This document shows, piece by piece, positions 12,567-27,868 of a stretch of DNA of 64,000 nucleotides. The position numbers and the translations under genes were made by a program. The notes under the pieces are model-generated. The model did no database searches, was not told the origin of the DNA, and was given only the letters and a program-made list of their open reading frames with translations. Location of the stretch: the NCBI GenBank assembly GCA_951406725.2, contig OX597833.1:33852001-33916000 (forward strand), written 5' to 3'. The DNA is from Octopus vulgaris (taxonomy: Eukaryota). Numbering within the stretch: position 1 is the first letter of the stretch; the number at the start of each line of letters is the position of its first letter.

Positions 12567-13500
12567 GTGAGACTATTTCAGAACCAAGGTACATGAAATC
12601 CTCCTCTTAACTGATGGGCTCTGCTTTGATGTTTGTAGTAGATCCTTACTGGTTGTTTTACTAGGATTAACAAGTAGTTCAACATTATGTGCAGCTAATT
12701 CTAGACTATAATAAAGTAGTTGGACGGAGTTTGGTATTGTGTCAGAGAGCAGAGCTAAATCATCAGTGTAGCAAACATCAGTTAGTTTTAGAGCTGGATG
12801 TCCGATCGAGCTTCTTTTTGCGGTTGTGAAACCGAGGTTGTTTAAGTTGTTGAGTTATGTTCTGAGGACATAATCCAAAGTGATCGCGAACAGAAAAGGT
12901 GCCAGTGTATCCCCCTGGAGTACTCCGGCTCTGAAGTCAAAGAAACTTGTATTTCCATCAAGGAACCTTGCCATTGATTCGGTGTTATTATAGAGCATCA
13001 TAATTGCAGCTGTTGTTTCCTCAGGGACACCTAGTGGTATATTTTTCCCATCTTGCCATGATGGATGGAGTCAAAAGCCTTTGAGAAATGAACAAATAGT
13101 AATACTTCCTCAAGATTTTTGGTTTTCACTCCATCCAGTAGTCGAAAACTGTACCTTACCAAAAGACTAGAATCCTAGTTAGATGGATGTTTGGAGCAAT
13201 CTTAAACATATTATGGAAAGCTCATCCCACCAAGAAAACGCTGTGTGGAGTTTTCTTGCCTGTTTCCTCCATTATAAGGGAAAGATGCTTGTGCTTTGCG
13301 AGACATTGCTGGCGAGCTGAACAAGAGCTGGCAAGTGACCTACTGCTGTGGATGTCAAAGCATGCCCTTTAGATGCTCTATATGAAGTGGCCAATAACGA
13401 AAATAATACTGTGTCAACTACAGACAGGAGGTACCCTTTGAACGAGCGACGAGGTCTTCGCAGCACCTTACTAAGTACAAAAACAAAAGACTAAAGCAAT
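12567..13500. mobile_element. RTE-like LINE fragment with inverted 5' part
   Basis: Minus strand ~12567-13145 encodes GVLQGDTLAPFLF, DDLALLS and FMYLGS; plus strand ~13145-13400 encodes the downstream region (AILNILWKAHPT...HCWR). Confidence 0.72.
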
Positions 13501-14389
13501 ATGACTTGTACTCTCATCAAAGATTGTGACAGGTTGCTACACAGGAAAATATAATGCATACTTCATTGTATGTATTTACTTCATTTTTAACTCGGCTTAT
13601 TTCATCATATTCTCGGAACAAAATCATTCGAAGATACTAGAACTGTTAAAGATTATATGGTTTGTAGTTAGTACAAAGAAACTGCAATGAAATTAGGTTT
13701 AGCAAATGACGACAGCGAAAACTTCCAGGCAATGGACATTGCTTAAGACTTGTTTACTCCTTTGTTCATTATTGTAATTTTGCTAACTACGATAAATCAT
13801 TTACAGCATTGAAATAGAAACGTTCTGAAATTGAAACGAATGTATTGAGCATGTTCTAAGCAATATATCACTGACATTTGCAGAAAACTAAAATGATTCT
13901 CAGTGAAAATAGTTCATTATTATCCTATGACTGCACCAAACAGGAATTATGTAGACATCAACATAGATCCATCATGAGGACCTTGCGGTCTGTAGGAATG
14001 TCTGAATGGCAAACCTGTGCAGACCACCTGATAATGAGCCATATCTCATGCGTCCCGCTTCTCAGAAAACTTTGCCCATGACTGACACAGACAATACTAC
14101 TCTTTCAACAAAATAGATCTAAAGGTATGAACTGAGCCTGAAATATTGCTTGGAGACACAGCATGTTATGTAAATCTGCCAAATTATTGTTTCTCTACAT
14201 TATGTAACTATTAGCAGCTCTTTTTCAAATTATGTGTCTTAAATTATATTTATCTCTCACCGGATAGAGTACTTTGTTGGTTTATCTTACTAATAACGGA
14301 ATGCTAACCTATATAAATGAGTGTATATTTATATATAAACTTACTTGGAAAGTAATCAAATAATAATATAAATTATATATATATCACGA

Positions 14390-14769
<380 letters not shown>

Positions 14770-14791
14770 TACATACGTGCATATATATATA

Positions 14792-15175
14792 CTAGCAGTA
14801 TCGCCCGGCGTTGCTCAGGTTTGTAAGGGAAATAACTATAAAGCATTTTTAGAGAGTTATAGCCAAAAAATAGCAAAGAAATGGAAAAAAATTATGGTAA
14901 ATTTTTTTTTTGAGAGTTAAAAAAGTTGGAGTTGCGTCCCCTAGACAGTTTTTGGTTTGTGTTTCTGATTCTCGACCCCATGTCGAATTTATCGATTTTT
15001 TTCAGAACTGGGGGAACTTTTCAAAATTTTCGCTGCGTTAGTTTTGAATTATGACATTGGGCTATGTGTGTGTCAAGTTTCATCAGAATCGGTTGAAAGC
15101 CGTGGTGAGGGTGAGGGTACAAGCAAACAGACACAGAAACACGCACAGACAAACTGCCATTTATATAGAGGGAGA
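14792..15175 (-). mobile_element. Non-autonomous Helitron
   Basis: On the minus strand: 5' TC, 3' hairpin plus CTAG, A/T flanks. Confidence 0.8.
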
Positions 15176-15756
15176 TATACATATTAGAGGGAAACCACTA
15201 TGTGAACACCCTTATGCTAGAAATAGATCCGCTATGGTCTTACCACTAAGAAATGTTCTCAAGAAAAATTTAGCAAAACAACCAAATCGAGCAAGACAAA
15301 AGAAAAAGCAATAAAAATATGGATTATTCGCATACATGTTTCACTATTAACATATTATGTAATTTTACTTACATAAATGTCCGTAGATCATCGGTGCGAC
15401 CGTCCAGATGAAATTACCTTTTCTTTTGTCCACATAGTGGTTTCCCTCTAATGTGTATATAATACAATTTTACTGAACCATCAGTTTTTTTTATATGCTA
15501 GACCACTGGTGTGAAATCGCTGTTAATTAAATAAATATCTAATTTCTCACCCTCATTTTAAATTTATATATATATATATATATGCATTTACGGGTACAGG
15601 ACGTCACAAACTGTAAGCAATATGAAATACTAAAACAAAAGAGTTGAATACACAAACAACGAGAGAAGCAAATGGAAAAGAGGACAAGTAACATAAAGAA
15701 CGACCCTTTATCAGTTGTCGGCTGTCCATCTGCTCCTCATTTCGAGCATTGAACGG

Positions 15757-15799
<43 letters not shown>

Positions 15800-15802
<3 letters not shown>

Positions 15803-15989
15803 TTTTATTATTTTACTTGTTTCAGTCATTCGACTGCAGCTATGCTAGAGCACTGCCTTTAGTCGAACAAATCGACCCCAGAACGTATCCTCTGTAAGCC
15901 TAGTGTGATGGTGGTGGGGACAGACACAGATACACAAATACATGCATGCATACATACTTACACACACACACACACACACACATACATGT

Positions 15990-16072
<83 letters not shown>

Positions 16073-16225
16073 CGATATATATACGACGGGCGTCTTTCAG
16101 CTTCCGCCGACCAAATCCACTCACAAGGTTTTGGTCGGCCAAAAGTTATAGTAGAAGACACCTGCCCGAGATGCCACACAGTGGGACTGAACCCAGAACC
16201 GTGCGGTTGGGAAGCAAGCTTCTAC
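15800..16225 (-). mobile_element. tRNA-derived SINE, family 1 (internal (GATA)n)
   Basis: Homologous to 10672-11102. Confidence 0.82.
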
Positions 16226-16302
16226 ATGCATGTATATGTATATATACATATATACTCACACACACACGCACATACGCACGCACGCACGCACGCACGCACA
16301 CA

Positions 16303-16394
<92 letters not shown>

Positions 16395-16423
16395 TCCTTT
16401 TATTCTTTTATAAGTCTTAAGTT

Positions 16424-18035
16424 ATAAGCCTGGAAAAGTACAGGACAAGTTATTACGTCTGGTAAAGTACAGAACAAGAAATTTTTACTTAAAATGCTAC
16501 AGCTAATGATAAAATTTCAAATAGAATATTTAGATTTAGAAAATAGCTTTTATCAAAACTAAAAAAATTATTACAAGATATTATTTCTATTTGTTATTAC
16601 TTGTTACTTCTATTAAAAATAACTCAAAATATTTTCTGCACTTTAAATGAAATTCATTTTTTAATTATCAATTAATAATTAGAAATTTGAAAATAGATTA
16701 TAAAAAATAATAGTAGTACAAAATTAGTTAGTACAATAAATAGAATAATACAAAAATTAGTTATATATTACAGTAAAATCTACCTATAATAACAAATTCA
16801 CAGTAAAATTTGCTTGAGTTATTGCTTAAGTTATTGCCAAGTCTTCACATTTTTAGGTTTGACCCAATACCTATTTTTCACATAATGAATTTGCCTACCA
16901 TATATACTATTCTACTTTGCATAAAACTTTAGCTATATTGGTACTTCTGGCTCTCATTTTTAAAGTATTCTAGTGTGTCAATATTTTAACAAAATACCTT
17001 TTTTATTATAATATTACTTTGTAAATTAAAATCAAATATTTCTTATTATTCAAATGTTATCCTTAACTGCTATATTTTAAGTAAAAATGTTCTTATTCTG
17101 TACTTTACCAGATGTAATAACTTGTCCTGTACTTTTCCAGGTTTATAATTTTTAAAAATATTTTTTCTCTTGTACGCATTTTTCCATATAATTCATGTTT
17201 TTTCCGGGCTATGCTATTATGCAAATTAATAATGTGTCAATAATTTAAGATTTTACCTTATTGAAAATTGAATAATAAATCTAAAGTGTGTTGTGCGTGT
17301 ATGTGCGAAAGAGAGAATGTGTGTGTTGTTGTTGTTGTGTGTATGTGTGTGTGTGTGTGTGTGAGAGAGGGAGGGAGAGTGACAGCGTACATTTTTTATT
17401 TATTTTTCCTCGCATCTTTTTGAGTGAATGACTGAGATAGAGATGTCTGTTGTCAGAGACAGAGAGAGAGAGAGAGAGAGAGAGTGGCGTATGTTGTCAG
17501 AGAGAGAGACGTATGTTGTCAAAGAGAGAGAGAGAGGTCTCTTGCTCTGTGCGTGTGTGTGTATGATGAGAGAGAGAGAGTGATAGCGTATTTTTGTTAT
17601 TTATTTTTTAGTGAATGTGTGAGTGATTGACAGAGAATGAAAGAGAGAGAGAGGTGTTGTCATGCATGTGTAAAATGGCCAGGGTCAGTCACTCACGCAC
17701 ACAAACACACCTATTATCTGTACGTACACCTATTATCTGTAGTACACACGTACATGCATAAATACATAGGCATACATGTTTTTTATGTGTGCGTGTGAGG
17801 GAGAGAGAATAAGTCAGTCATTGCGTGAAGGTGTGTTCTTATGACAATTTTTTTGCATGTATGTATAAGTAGCTAAGTAAAATTTACGCTCTCTCTCTCT
17901 CTCTTTGGCACGCACACACACAGCAACACACACCTTCTCTCTCTCTCTCTCTCTTTCTCTGTCTCTCTCAGTCAATCACTCACACATTCACTGAAAAGAA
18001 ATGCGAGAATAAATAAATAAAAATGTACGCTGTCA

Positions 18036-18109
<74 letters not shown>

Positions 18110-19060
18110 TACACACACAACACACACTTTCTATCTCGCATCCCCATCAACACACACACACGTCCATATCCATTTCCTCTCTCTTTCGCTTTATGCTGAC
18201 TGCAAACAAAATGTACATTTCCAACACAAAAATAAACAAAAAAAGTTTTTTACGAAATTTACCGAACCCCGTAAGGTAACAGCTGAGCTGCGCGAACACG
18301 CCTTCGAGTTAAAACGAAAGATTACCAAAATGGCTAGGCTGTTGCCAAAATTTGTAAATGATATTTTTTATTTTTCATTTTTATGATATAATTGCATTAA
18401 TTAACACAGATTAAACTAATTGCAAATTAGCGGTGTAGTTGATATTTTTTTCCTTACTTCAATGATGACATATTAAAAGTCCCTTATAGAACTATAATCA
18501 TAAAAAAAATATACAGAACCATATTATCACCCTCAAATTTGAGAAACCAACACTCATAACTTTTTTCTTTTAAAACTTCATTGCATGAGATTGATACCAT
18601 GAAATTCCTCGAATTGAGCTCTATCACTTAAGCTTAATTCAAATATAGTTTGTTTTTAAGATAAAAAAAGTAATTATACTTAAATCCAATTTTTGCCTTA
18701 TTTTGTCTTTCGTGATAGTTTACCTCACAACTTTTTTTGATACAAAGTTTTGTTGCATGGGATCAAAACTATGAAATTCTTCATGATTTCTTCTATCATT
18801 GAAGCTAAGATAAATGTATTTTGCTTTTATAATAAAAAAAAGTTATTTAGATCTATTTGAGGCGTTACTTACTCTCCTATAAAGTTGCTACGAATTTTGA
18901 TGTAAACTTTTTTCTACTGGACCAAATCTCACTTTTTATGCCAAAATGTAGCTAAGGACAAGCTCTCTTCATAAGTGTTAACAGTTTTCAATATAGTTAA
19001 GAACTGAATCAGTGACAAAGCTCTGAAGATGCTGCGTGTCAGTAAATTGCGGCCTTAAGA
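16424..19060. repeat. Non-coding AT-rich repeat block with two internal inverted-repeat pairs
   Basis: IR 16424-16480 versus 17090-17147; IR ~17285-17660 versus ~17920-18140 with mirrored (GA)/(CT) and (GT)/(CA) tracts; no ORF. Confidence 0.5.
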
Positions 19061-19140
19061 ATATTATTCAACTACTACCGTAGTTGAATATATACATACA
19101 TACATACATACCTACATACATACATACATACATACATACA

Positions 19141-20287
<1,147 letters not shown>

Positions 20288-21190
20288 TCCAAAGGTTATT
20301 ATTGCTTTCTTTCATAGGTCAAAAGACGCGGTCATAGATTTTTTTGAAATTTTGTCCAAATATTTCCCTAATTAGTCACTACTCACATAAAATAATTCAT
20401 ACTGAGATCTCAATGGGAAGTATTTATAATGAATATAATTATAGTGAAAAATAATGACAAATTATCAAGACTAAGCAAGACAATTTGAGCTTGGGGGATA
20501 AAACAAAGAGCTGATAATCGAAATAAGCATTTTTTATTATTCCAGTAATAATGTCTACTTTAATTGTAACTACTTTTCAGATCTGCTATGGTCAATGGTG
20601 GAAATGCCACTGCCAACACTTAGAATCTTCAAACAAATTGTTGGCATCCCCATCACCTAAGAGGCCACTCCTGATAGCTTAGCAGATGAAGCTACATGTC
20701 CCAACCTCCCACTTTTACCCTGCTTTAAATGATTAAGTACTTGTTAGATGAAATTCTGAAATCTTCAAAATTTAATGAGACAATTTTCTTGAAATTAATA
20801 ATTGTGATGCATTTTACATTTCTTTTTCTGTCGAAGTATAAGTTCTTCCTGTAGCAGTTCTGGGGACAAATTTACAAAGGATGTCTAAATAACCCATTGT
20901 TAAAATATCTGATTTTCTAGGATACTGAAATGATGTAGGTCCTTTGGGTTGAAGAAAGGTGAGTTTTACTTGCATAGTTTCTGGGTATGTTTCTAGAACA
21001 CAGGCTAACCACCAGTTACCATCATAAATTGCTGCTACAATCCCTTTTATATCCTCAAATTGGATAGCATCTTGCATGGATATTCTAATTTTAGTATAAT
21101 TATCTATCGTAGATGTCATTTTTACCTTAATTTCTAAGGGTAAGTTTGGGATAAAGCAATGTAACTTTTGTGGCCTTGGAATTGTCCTTG

Positions 21191-21585
21191 CATCAATTTC
21201 CGTTGCCTCATCAATTAAACCTGTTCGATTGTTCGGCATTTTGGGACTTCCTTCGCTGTTAGTATTAATGGTTTCGTCATCCAAATTATTGGATGATTTA
21301 GCCACTCGCTAATGTTTATGTATAAAATTAATATAAACAGCCGTTTGCAATGTTTCACCAAAAAGGAGAATTATAATTGTTACTAAATGTGACTAGGGTG
21401 TTAGGAAACACCTACATTGCTAGAAATAAGAGCTAAAGCGGTCTAATGTTGTAGTTAACGCACATGAATGAAACCATATACACTTTAATTGTTCGAAAAA
21501 TGCCATTTTGAGAATTCTTATTACTGACGTCAGTTTCGGATAATTAAGGCCCTTGCCATTTTTAGTGACAATTATACATACATGC

Positions 21586-21616
<31 letters not shown>

Positions 21617-21630
21617 CATACATACATACA

Positions 21631-21664
<34 letters not shown>

Positions 21665-22641
21665 CATATATACAAAATCATATATATACATGTATGTACG
21701 TAGATGGAATGATGGATGGAGTTCCGATCAGCCACGTGGATGAGAAGCTAAATCTTTATTAATCCAAATATATGTCGGCAATCCGAACTGGAAACGAAGC
21801 GCTATAGAATCACAGCTTAATTTCATGTGACACCAGCAGTGGTTTAACTGCTTCATTTAAAAGACGAAAAGAAATTTATATTCTTCTTGACATATAATAC
21901 TTTTGATAGGTGTTTAGTAGAATAAAAAACGTGATGTTGTGTACACATAGCTGTATATTTAGTCACATATAAATGCATATATGACAGGCATTATATTCAT
22001 TTCCCTCAATACAATTATTGACCGTTTTAGTACATATAACATTTTTAAAAAACACAAATAAACACACGCACACAGACACACACCTGTGTAGCTTGTATTA
22101 AATGCTTCTACATTGCATGCAAATTTAGATAAAACAAACCATGTGGTTGGGGAACAAACTTCTTACCACACAGTCATACCTGCGCCTAGTTTTAAAAAGA
22201 AACAACAGATGAGTTAAATGAATTGGTTGAGTTTGTTATAGATAATGCATATTTAAACAAGTCAGGAATATTTCCATGTGAAGCGGAGTAATCGGGGTCT
22301 TTTATTAGCTGACTTGTATTTGTTTCTTTGTAGGTTTAGTTTTCTTAGTGATTAATGGAAAAGGAAGATGTCCGATGTGATTGAGCAACTTATTGTTTGT
22401 TGAGGTATAAAGATATTTTCACTTCCAATTTGTTTACTTTTCGAGAATTTAAATAATAATTTATCCTTGGCGTTTGGGGGCATGCGGAAGTGGCAAGGAT
22501 GTAAATAAGATCAACTGTCTGGACTTTTCAGTTGAAGTTTACGATAATTCTGGGGTGACTAATATGAACAACAACATTAGCTAATTCTAAAGTAGTAACA
22601 GTAGAGCAGGCATGGCAACCGCTTTCGGGAAGTGAACCGCA
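21191..22641 (+). repeat. 1.45-kb duplicated segment (copy of ~25174-26598) inside the transposase gene
   Basis: Near-identical to 25174-26598; flanked by 57-bp direct repeats 21134-21190 and 22642-22698. Confidence 0.92.
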
Positions 22642-24611
22642 CTAAAGGTAAGTTTGGGATAAAGCAATGTAACTTTTGTGGCCATGGAATTGTCCTTGTA
22701 TTTCTAAATCTCTCTCTCAATAGATTTTCCTCATTTTGCATTTCATCATTTGAGGAGTAAATAAAATTAATTCCAGGAATGTTTTGCTGACCATAATCAT
22801 AAAGTTGTCTTGGAGTCATGATTTGTTCATTGAAAGGGCATTGTAAACTTGCCCGAGCTGCCATTTGTTTAACTGTACCTTCTAAGCCATCACCAGGTCC
22901 CTTGCCATGAGAAGTAGCTAAGAAGTGCCACTCTGCATCAGTTTGAAAATCTATAGAATGGTAGCATAAATTCATAAAATTCTTACAATGTTCATATTAT
23001 GAAGCAGCAGCATCTGAAAAATATATAATTTTGTTGATATTAATGGCTTTGCTCCAAAGAAAATCTGTCAGCCTTTTTGGAAGAGACGGACTGCTACTGT
23101 ACCATGTTTCATAAAGTTGGATACAATAACAATATTGATGTTAGTCACATCATTGTTTTGTTTATGAAAACAGACAAATGGATGGATAGTGGCTTCAGCA
23201 TTGTTCCAATGAAATCCTTGTACAGTATCATGCAAGATGAACGAATAATCGTCTGAAAAATCTGCTATGACTAATATTTCTCCGTCACTTAAGGATTCTT
23301 TTCTTGAAGTGCAAAATTTAGATTGTTCCTTTGCAAGGAAATCATGTACCTTAAGTACTTTAGGCTTTTGACAGAAAATTTCAACAAAGTCATCTGTTGA
23401 TTTTGATATATTTTCTAGGATTGTTCTGTCTGTCGTTAGCCATTGCTTATACTGTACTTCATCAATCATATTCACATTAAACATTTCATATAAGAATTTT
23501 TCAAGCTCTTCTAACAGAATTACAATTTGAACAGGTTGCTCATGTAGCAGTTGTTTGTTGTTGGGTTGCAAGTAATTGATTCCAAACATTGTTTATGATC
23601 AATCAAGTGAAACTTCATATCCTTGGTTAAATCAGATAATTTCATGCCAGAAATCATTTGTTTGGTATTCCGATAAATGGTGCATACACATACATTATGT
23701 GTACCAGCACTACTTGCAAGTATGCATTCTTTTGGCCTTAGCTCAGCAAATTTTGAGAAACTAATTTTGATTTCAGGATTTTTTAATTTAAAGAATTGGA
23801 AGGCTTGAGGAAATGTGCTTTTTCTATGGCTAGGGTGAGATAAAATCCCTTGCTCATTGACCAGCCTTTTAGCTTGTCTGAACACCTTTTGGATTTTTCT
23901 CAGAGACCAGCTTTTTGGGAGAATTGTGAAAATTTGCTGTTTTTCTGATCGATTTTCTGTTGTGAATTTTTTTTAACTGTTTGATTATTTCTTATGATGA
24001 TTCATCGACTTCTCTTCAATGTGAAATGATCTGTATCTTTTGAGAAAAAAAATGTTTGATTTTAAAAAATTTTTTCTCGGCGTACATGATGGCAGTATCT
24101 TTTGTTTGTTTTTTTTATTGGAGATTCTCCAATTTCAGACAAAGCATTGTTGAGGATCTCTAATTCTACATTTTCTTCTACGAAGACATGTGCCGATGGT
24201 GAAATCGCTTCAATGGTAGTTGATGTATCATCTCTCATATCTTCTGATGATGGTTCAATTTGAAATGTGGGCAAAGTTTTTCTGCAAGAGTCACATATTT
24301 TTTGTCCAGGAATTAGGCTTGCTTTCGGATATTTTGTTCCAAAATCTGCTGTTATTGTTCTTAAACCCTTTTTCACAGGTGCTTTATACTTTTTAAATGG
24401 GTCGCAACCTTTTCCTTGCTTAGCTAAAAATTTGTCTTTTATATCCATCTGTAACCAAGAATTGACTAAGATGGTCATATATATCTAATCTGAAAAATAA
24501 TTAGAATCAAGTAATTCAATTAAGCTTATAACGTAATCCACCTTTAATAGAATACCTTATGATTACAATTCCCACTAAAATCCCAGTATGAATTTTTGTA
24601 TGTGAGGGCAT

Positions 24612-24780
24612 TACGTTCTGAGTTCAAATTCCGCCGAGGTCGACTTTGCCTTTCATCCTTTCGGGGTCGATTATATAAGTATCAGTTAATCACTGGGATC
24701 GATGTATCGACTTAATCCCCTTTTCTGTCCTTGTTTGTCCCCTCTATGTTTAGCCCTTTGTGGGCATTAAAGAAATAAAA
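24612..24780 (+). mobile_element. SINE family 2 fragment nested in the Sola-like element
   Basis: ttctgagttcaaattccgccgaggtcgactttgcctttcatcctttcggggtcg core. Confidence 0.82.
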
Positions 24781-25173
24781 AAAATATTTGACAAAATTTC
24801 AAAAAAATTGATATCTGCGTTTTTTGACCGATGAAAGATCAAAGGTCAAATTTTAGGTTAGCTTTTTTTATTTTTATTGTAAAGGAAAATAGACGAAACA
24901 AAAGTTATAAATCTGTTTAAATGCTTTAAAATGAAAACAACATTTAGCTTTCTAGCTCAAATAGTAGCTGAGATATGGTTTCTCAAAGTTATTAAGTAAC
25001 CGAAAAAAATATCACTTTTCTGAAAATTTCAAACGGTCATAACTCAGTTAAAAATATTTCATATTTAAGAGTTTCATAAAAAGGCTAATTAGCATGAAAA
25101 GTTTGAAAAAAAATCGGTTTCGGTCACCTTCGGCATTTGCGTTGATTTTACATGGAACGTCTCAATACTGAAG

Positions 25174-25590
25174 TCAGTTTCCGTTGCCTCATCAATTAAA
25201 CCTGTTCGATTGTTCGGCATTTTGGGACCTCCTTCGCTGTTAGTATTAATGTTTTCGTCATCCAAATTATTGGATGATTTAGCCATTCGCTAATGTTTAT
25301 GTATAAAATTAATATAAACAGCAGTTTGCAATGTTTCACCATAAAGGAGAATTATAATTGTTACTAAATGTGACTAGGGTGTTAGGAAACACCTACATTG
25401 CTAGAAATAAGAGCTAAAGCGGTCTAATGTTGTAGTTAACGCACATGAATGAAACCATATACACTTTAATTGTTCGAAAAATGCCAATCGACAATTCTTA
25501 TTACTGACGTCAGTTTCGGATAATTAAGGCCCTTGCCATTTTTAATGACAATTATACATACATACATACATACATACATACATACATACA

Positions 25591-25624
<34 letters not shown>

Positions 25625-26598
25625 CAAAATCATATATATACATGTATGTACGTAGATGGAATGATGGATAGAGTTCCGATCAGCCACGTGGATGAGAAGC
25701 TAAATCTTTATTAATCCAAATATATGTCGGCAATCCGAACTGGAAACGAAGAGCTATAGAATCACAGCTTAATTTCATGTGACACTAGCAGTGGTTTAAC
25801 TGCTTCATTTAAAAGACGAAAAGAAATTTATATTCTTCTTGACATATAATACTTTTGATAGGTGTTTAGTAGAATAAAAAACGTGATGTTGTGTACACAT
25901 AGCTGTATATTTAGTCACATATAAATGCATATATGACAGGCATTATATTCATTTCCCTCAATACAATTATTGACCGTTTTAGTACATATAAAATTTTTTT
26001 TAAAAATACAAATAAACACACGCACACAGACACACACCTGTGTAGCTTGTATTAAATGCTTCTACATTGCATGCAGATTTAGATAAAACAAACCATGTGG
26101 TTGGGGAACAAACTTCTTACCACACAGTCATACCTGCGCCTAGTTTTAAAAAGAAACAACAGATGAGTTAAATGAATTGGTTGAGTTTGTTATAGATAAT
26201 GCATATTTAAACAAGTCAGAAATATTTCCATGTGAAGCGGAGTAATCGGGGTCTTTTATTAGCTGACTTGTATTTGTTTCTTTGTAGGTTTAGTTTTCTT
26301 GGTAATTAATGGAAAAGGAAGATGTCCGATGTGATTGAGCAACTTATTGTTTGTTGAGGTATAAAGATATTTTCACTTCCAATTTGTTTACTTTTCGAGA
26401 ATTTGTTAAATAATAATTTATCCTTGGCGTTTGGGGGCATGCGGAAGTAGCAAGGATGTAAATAAGATCAACTATCTGGACTTTTCAGTTGAAGTTTACG
26501 ATAACTCTGGGGCAACTAATATGAACAACAACATTAGCTAATTCTAAAGTAGTAACAGTAAAGCAGGCATGGCAGCCGCTTTCGAGAAGTGGACCGCA
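25174..26598 (+). repeat. Second copy of the 1.45-kb duplication, abutting the Sola-like terminus
   Basis: Matches 21191-22641 and continues without a junction to the gap. Confidence 0.9.
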
Positions 26599-26705
26599 TG
26601 AGATATGGCTCCTCAAAAGAGTCCAAGATAATTTTTCTTTAGGCGCGTCCATAATAAAATAAAATGTGGAAACATTGTTAATATGATAATATGGGCAGGC
26701 GTAGC

Positions 26706-26805
26706 NNNNNNNNNNNNNNNNNNNNNNNNNNNNNNNNNNNNNNNNNNNNNNNNNNNNNNNNNNNNNNNNNNNNNNNNNNNNNNNNNNNNNNNNNNNNNNN
26801 NNNNN
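26706..26805. other. Assembly gap (100 N)
   Basis: Run of N. Confidence 1.
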
Positions 26806-26816
26806 CATATACAGAT

Positions 26817-26858
<42 letters not shown>

Positions 26859-27263
26859 GTACAAATTATTACCCACATATATTTACATTTGTATTAAAAG
26901 AAAAGAAGGAGAATATTTAATACTGAAATAATTTTTAAGAATGTTTTTTCATATTATTTTGCCCTAAAATCGGTGTTCTAAGCACTCACATTTTCAAGCT
27001 TTGGATATTCTAATTTTTGGATCAGTTGAAATTCAGCTTTCTCCTATATATATATATATACTTTAGCTTCAAATTTTGGCACAAGGCCAGTAATTTCTTG
27101 GGAGATATAAGTCAATTAAATCGACCCCAGTGATCAAGGACTCAGAAAATAAAAACAAACGAAATGCTATTAAGTATTTTGCCCGGCGTGTTAACGATTC
27201 TGCCAGCTCACATTTTATACACACATACACACACACATACACACACACACACACACACACTCA

Positions 27264-27300
<37 letters not shown>

Positions 27301-27345
27301 AAGAAAAATAATTACTTCACTGGTAGTTCTAATCAGTTTAATCTA

Positions 27346-27379
<34 letters not shown>

Positions 27380-27388
<9 letters not shown>

Positions 27389-27745
27389 GCAGATTTATAA
27401 AAGGCAGATTTTATCTGCCTCCCTTTGGGAGTTATACAAATCTACAATATAGGATTTCTTCAATTACAATTTACCTAGCATTTTTAAGAGTACAATGCAT
27501 CGCGTCATGCCAGGTCCAGTTTTTAAAATTTTAACTCCAATTAAGCAAAATTTACAGAAAACTCACATTCTGGTGTGTGTGTCAAATGCTTTTCTTAGTC
27601 TGGTTTACACCACACGCAAACGCACACACACACTGGGCAACGAATAAAATGAAAGTAATTCACTTACTGTAGTGAGTGTTCTTTCACTCTGCCTCCCACT
27701 TCCTCTTTCCACACATAGACACGCAAATATATAAATAAAATTGTA
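27380..27745 (+). mobile_element. Helitron 5' fragment
   Basis: ataaaaggcagattttatctgcctccc start shared with 29300 and 59451. Confidence 0.68.
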
Positions 27746-27868
27746 AGCTAACGTGTGAGTGTGTGTGTGTGTGAGGGTGCGTGTGTGTGTGTGTGTGTGC
27801 GTGTGCGTGAGTGTGTGACAGGAAAGTTTTTTACGACGAATATAAGACCTATATCCAAGTAGCAGAAA

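Larger units (their letters stand above)
20290..25163 (-). mobile_element. Sola2-like DDD DNA transposon, decayed
   Basis: Minus-strand ORFs with ADFSDDY..QGFHW..ATIHP, YFSDAAAS and FLATSHGKGPGDG.EG.VK. Inverted repeat ~20309-20366 versus ~24782-24836; the right terminus at 25163 reads 5'-GAG; the outer part of the left TIR is missing. Superfamily assignment is from recalled motifs. Confidence 0.7.

Noticed and set aside
13705-13776. Signal-peptide-like mini-ORF MTTAKTSRQWTLLKTCLLLCSLL*
   Set aside because: Lies downstream of exon A; its only plausible donor is phase 2, which would put exons B and C out of frame and hit a stop.
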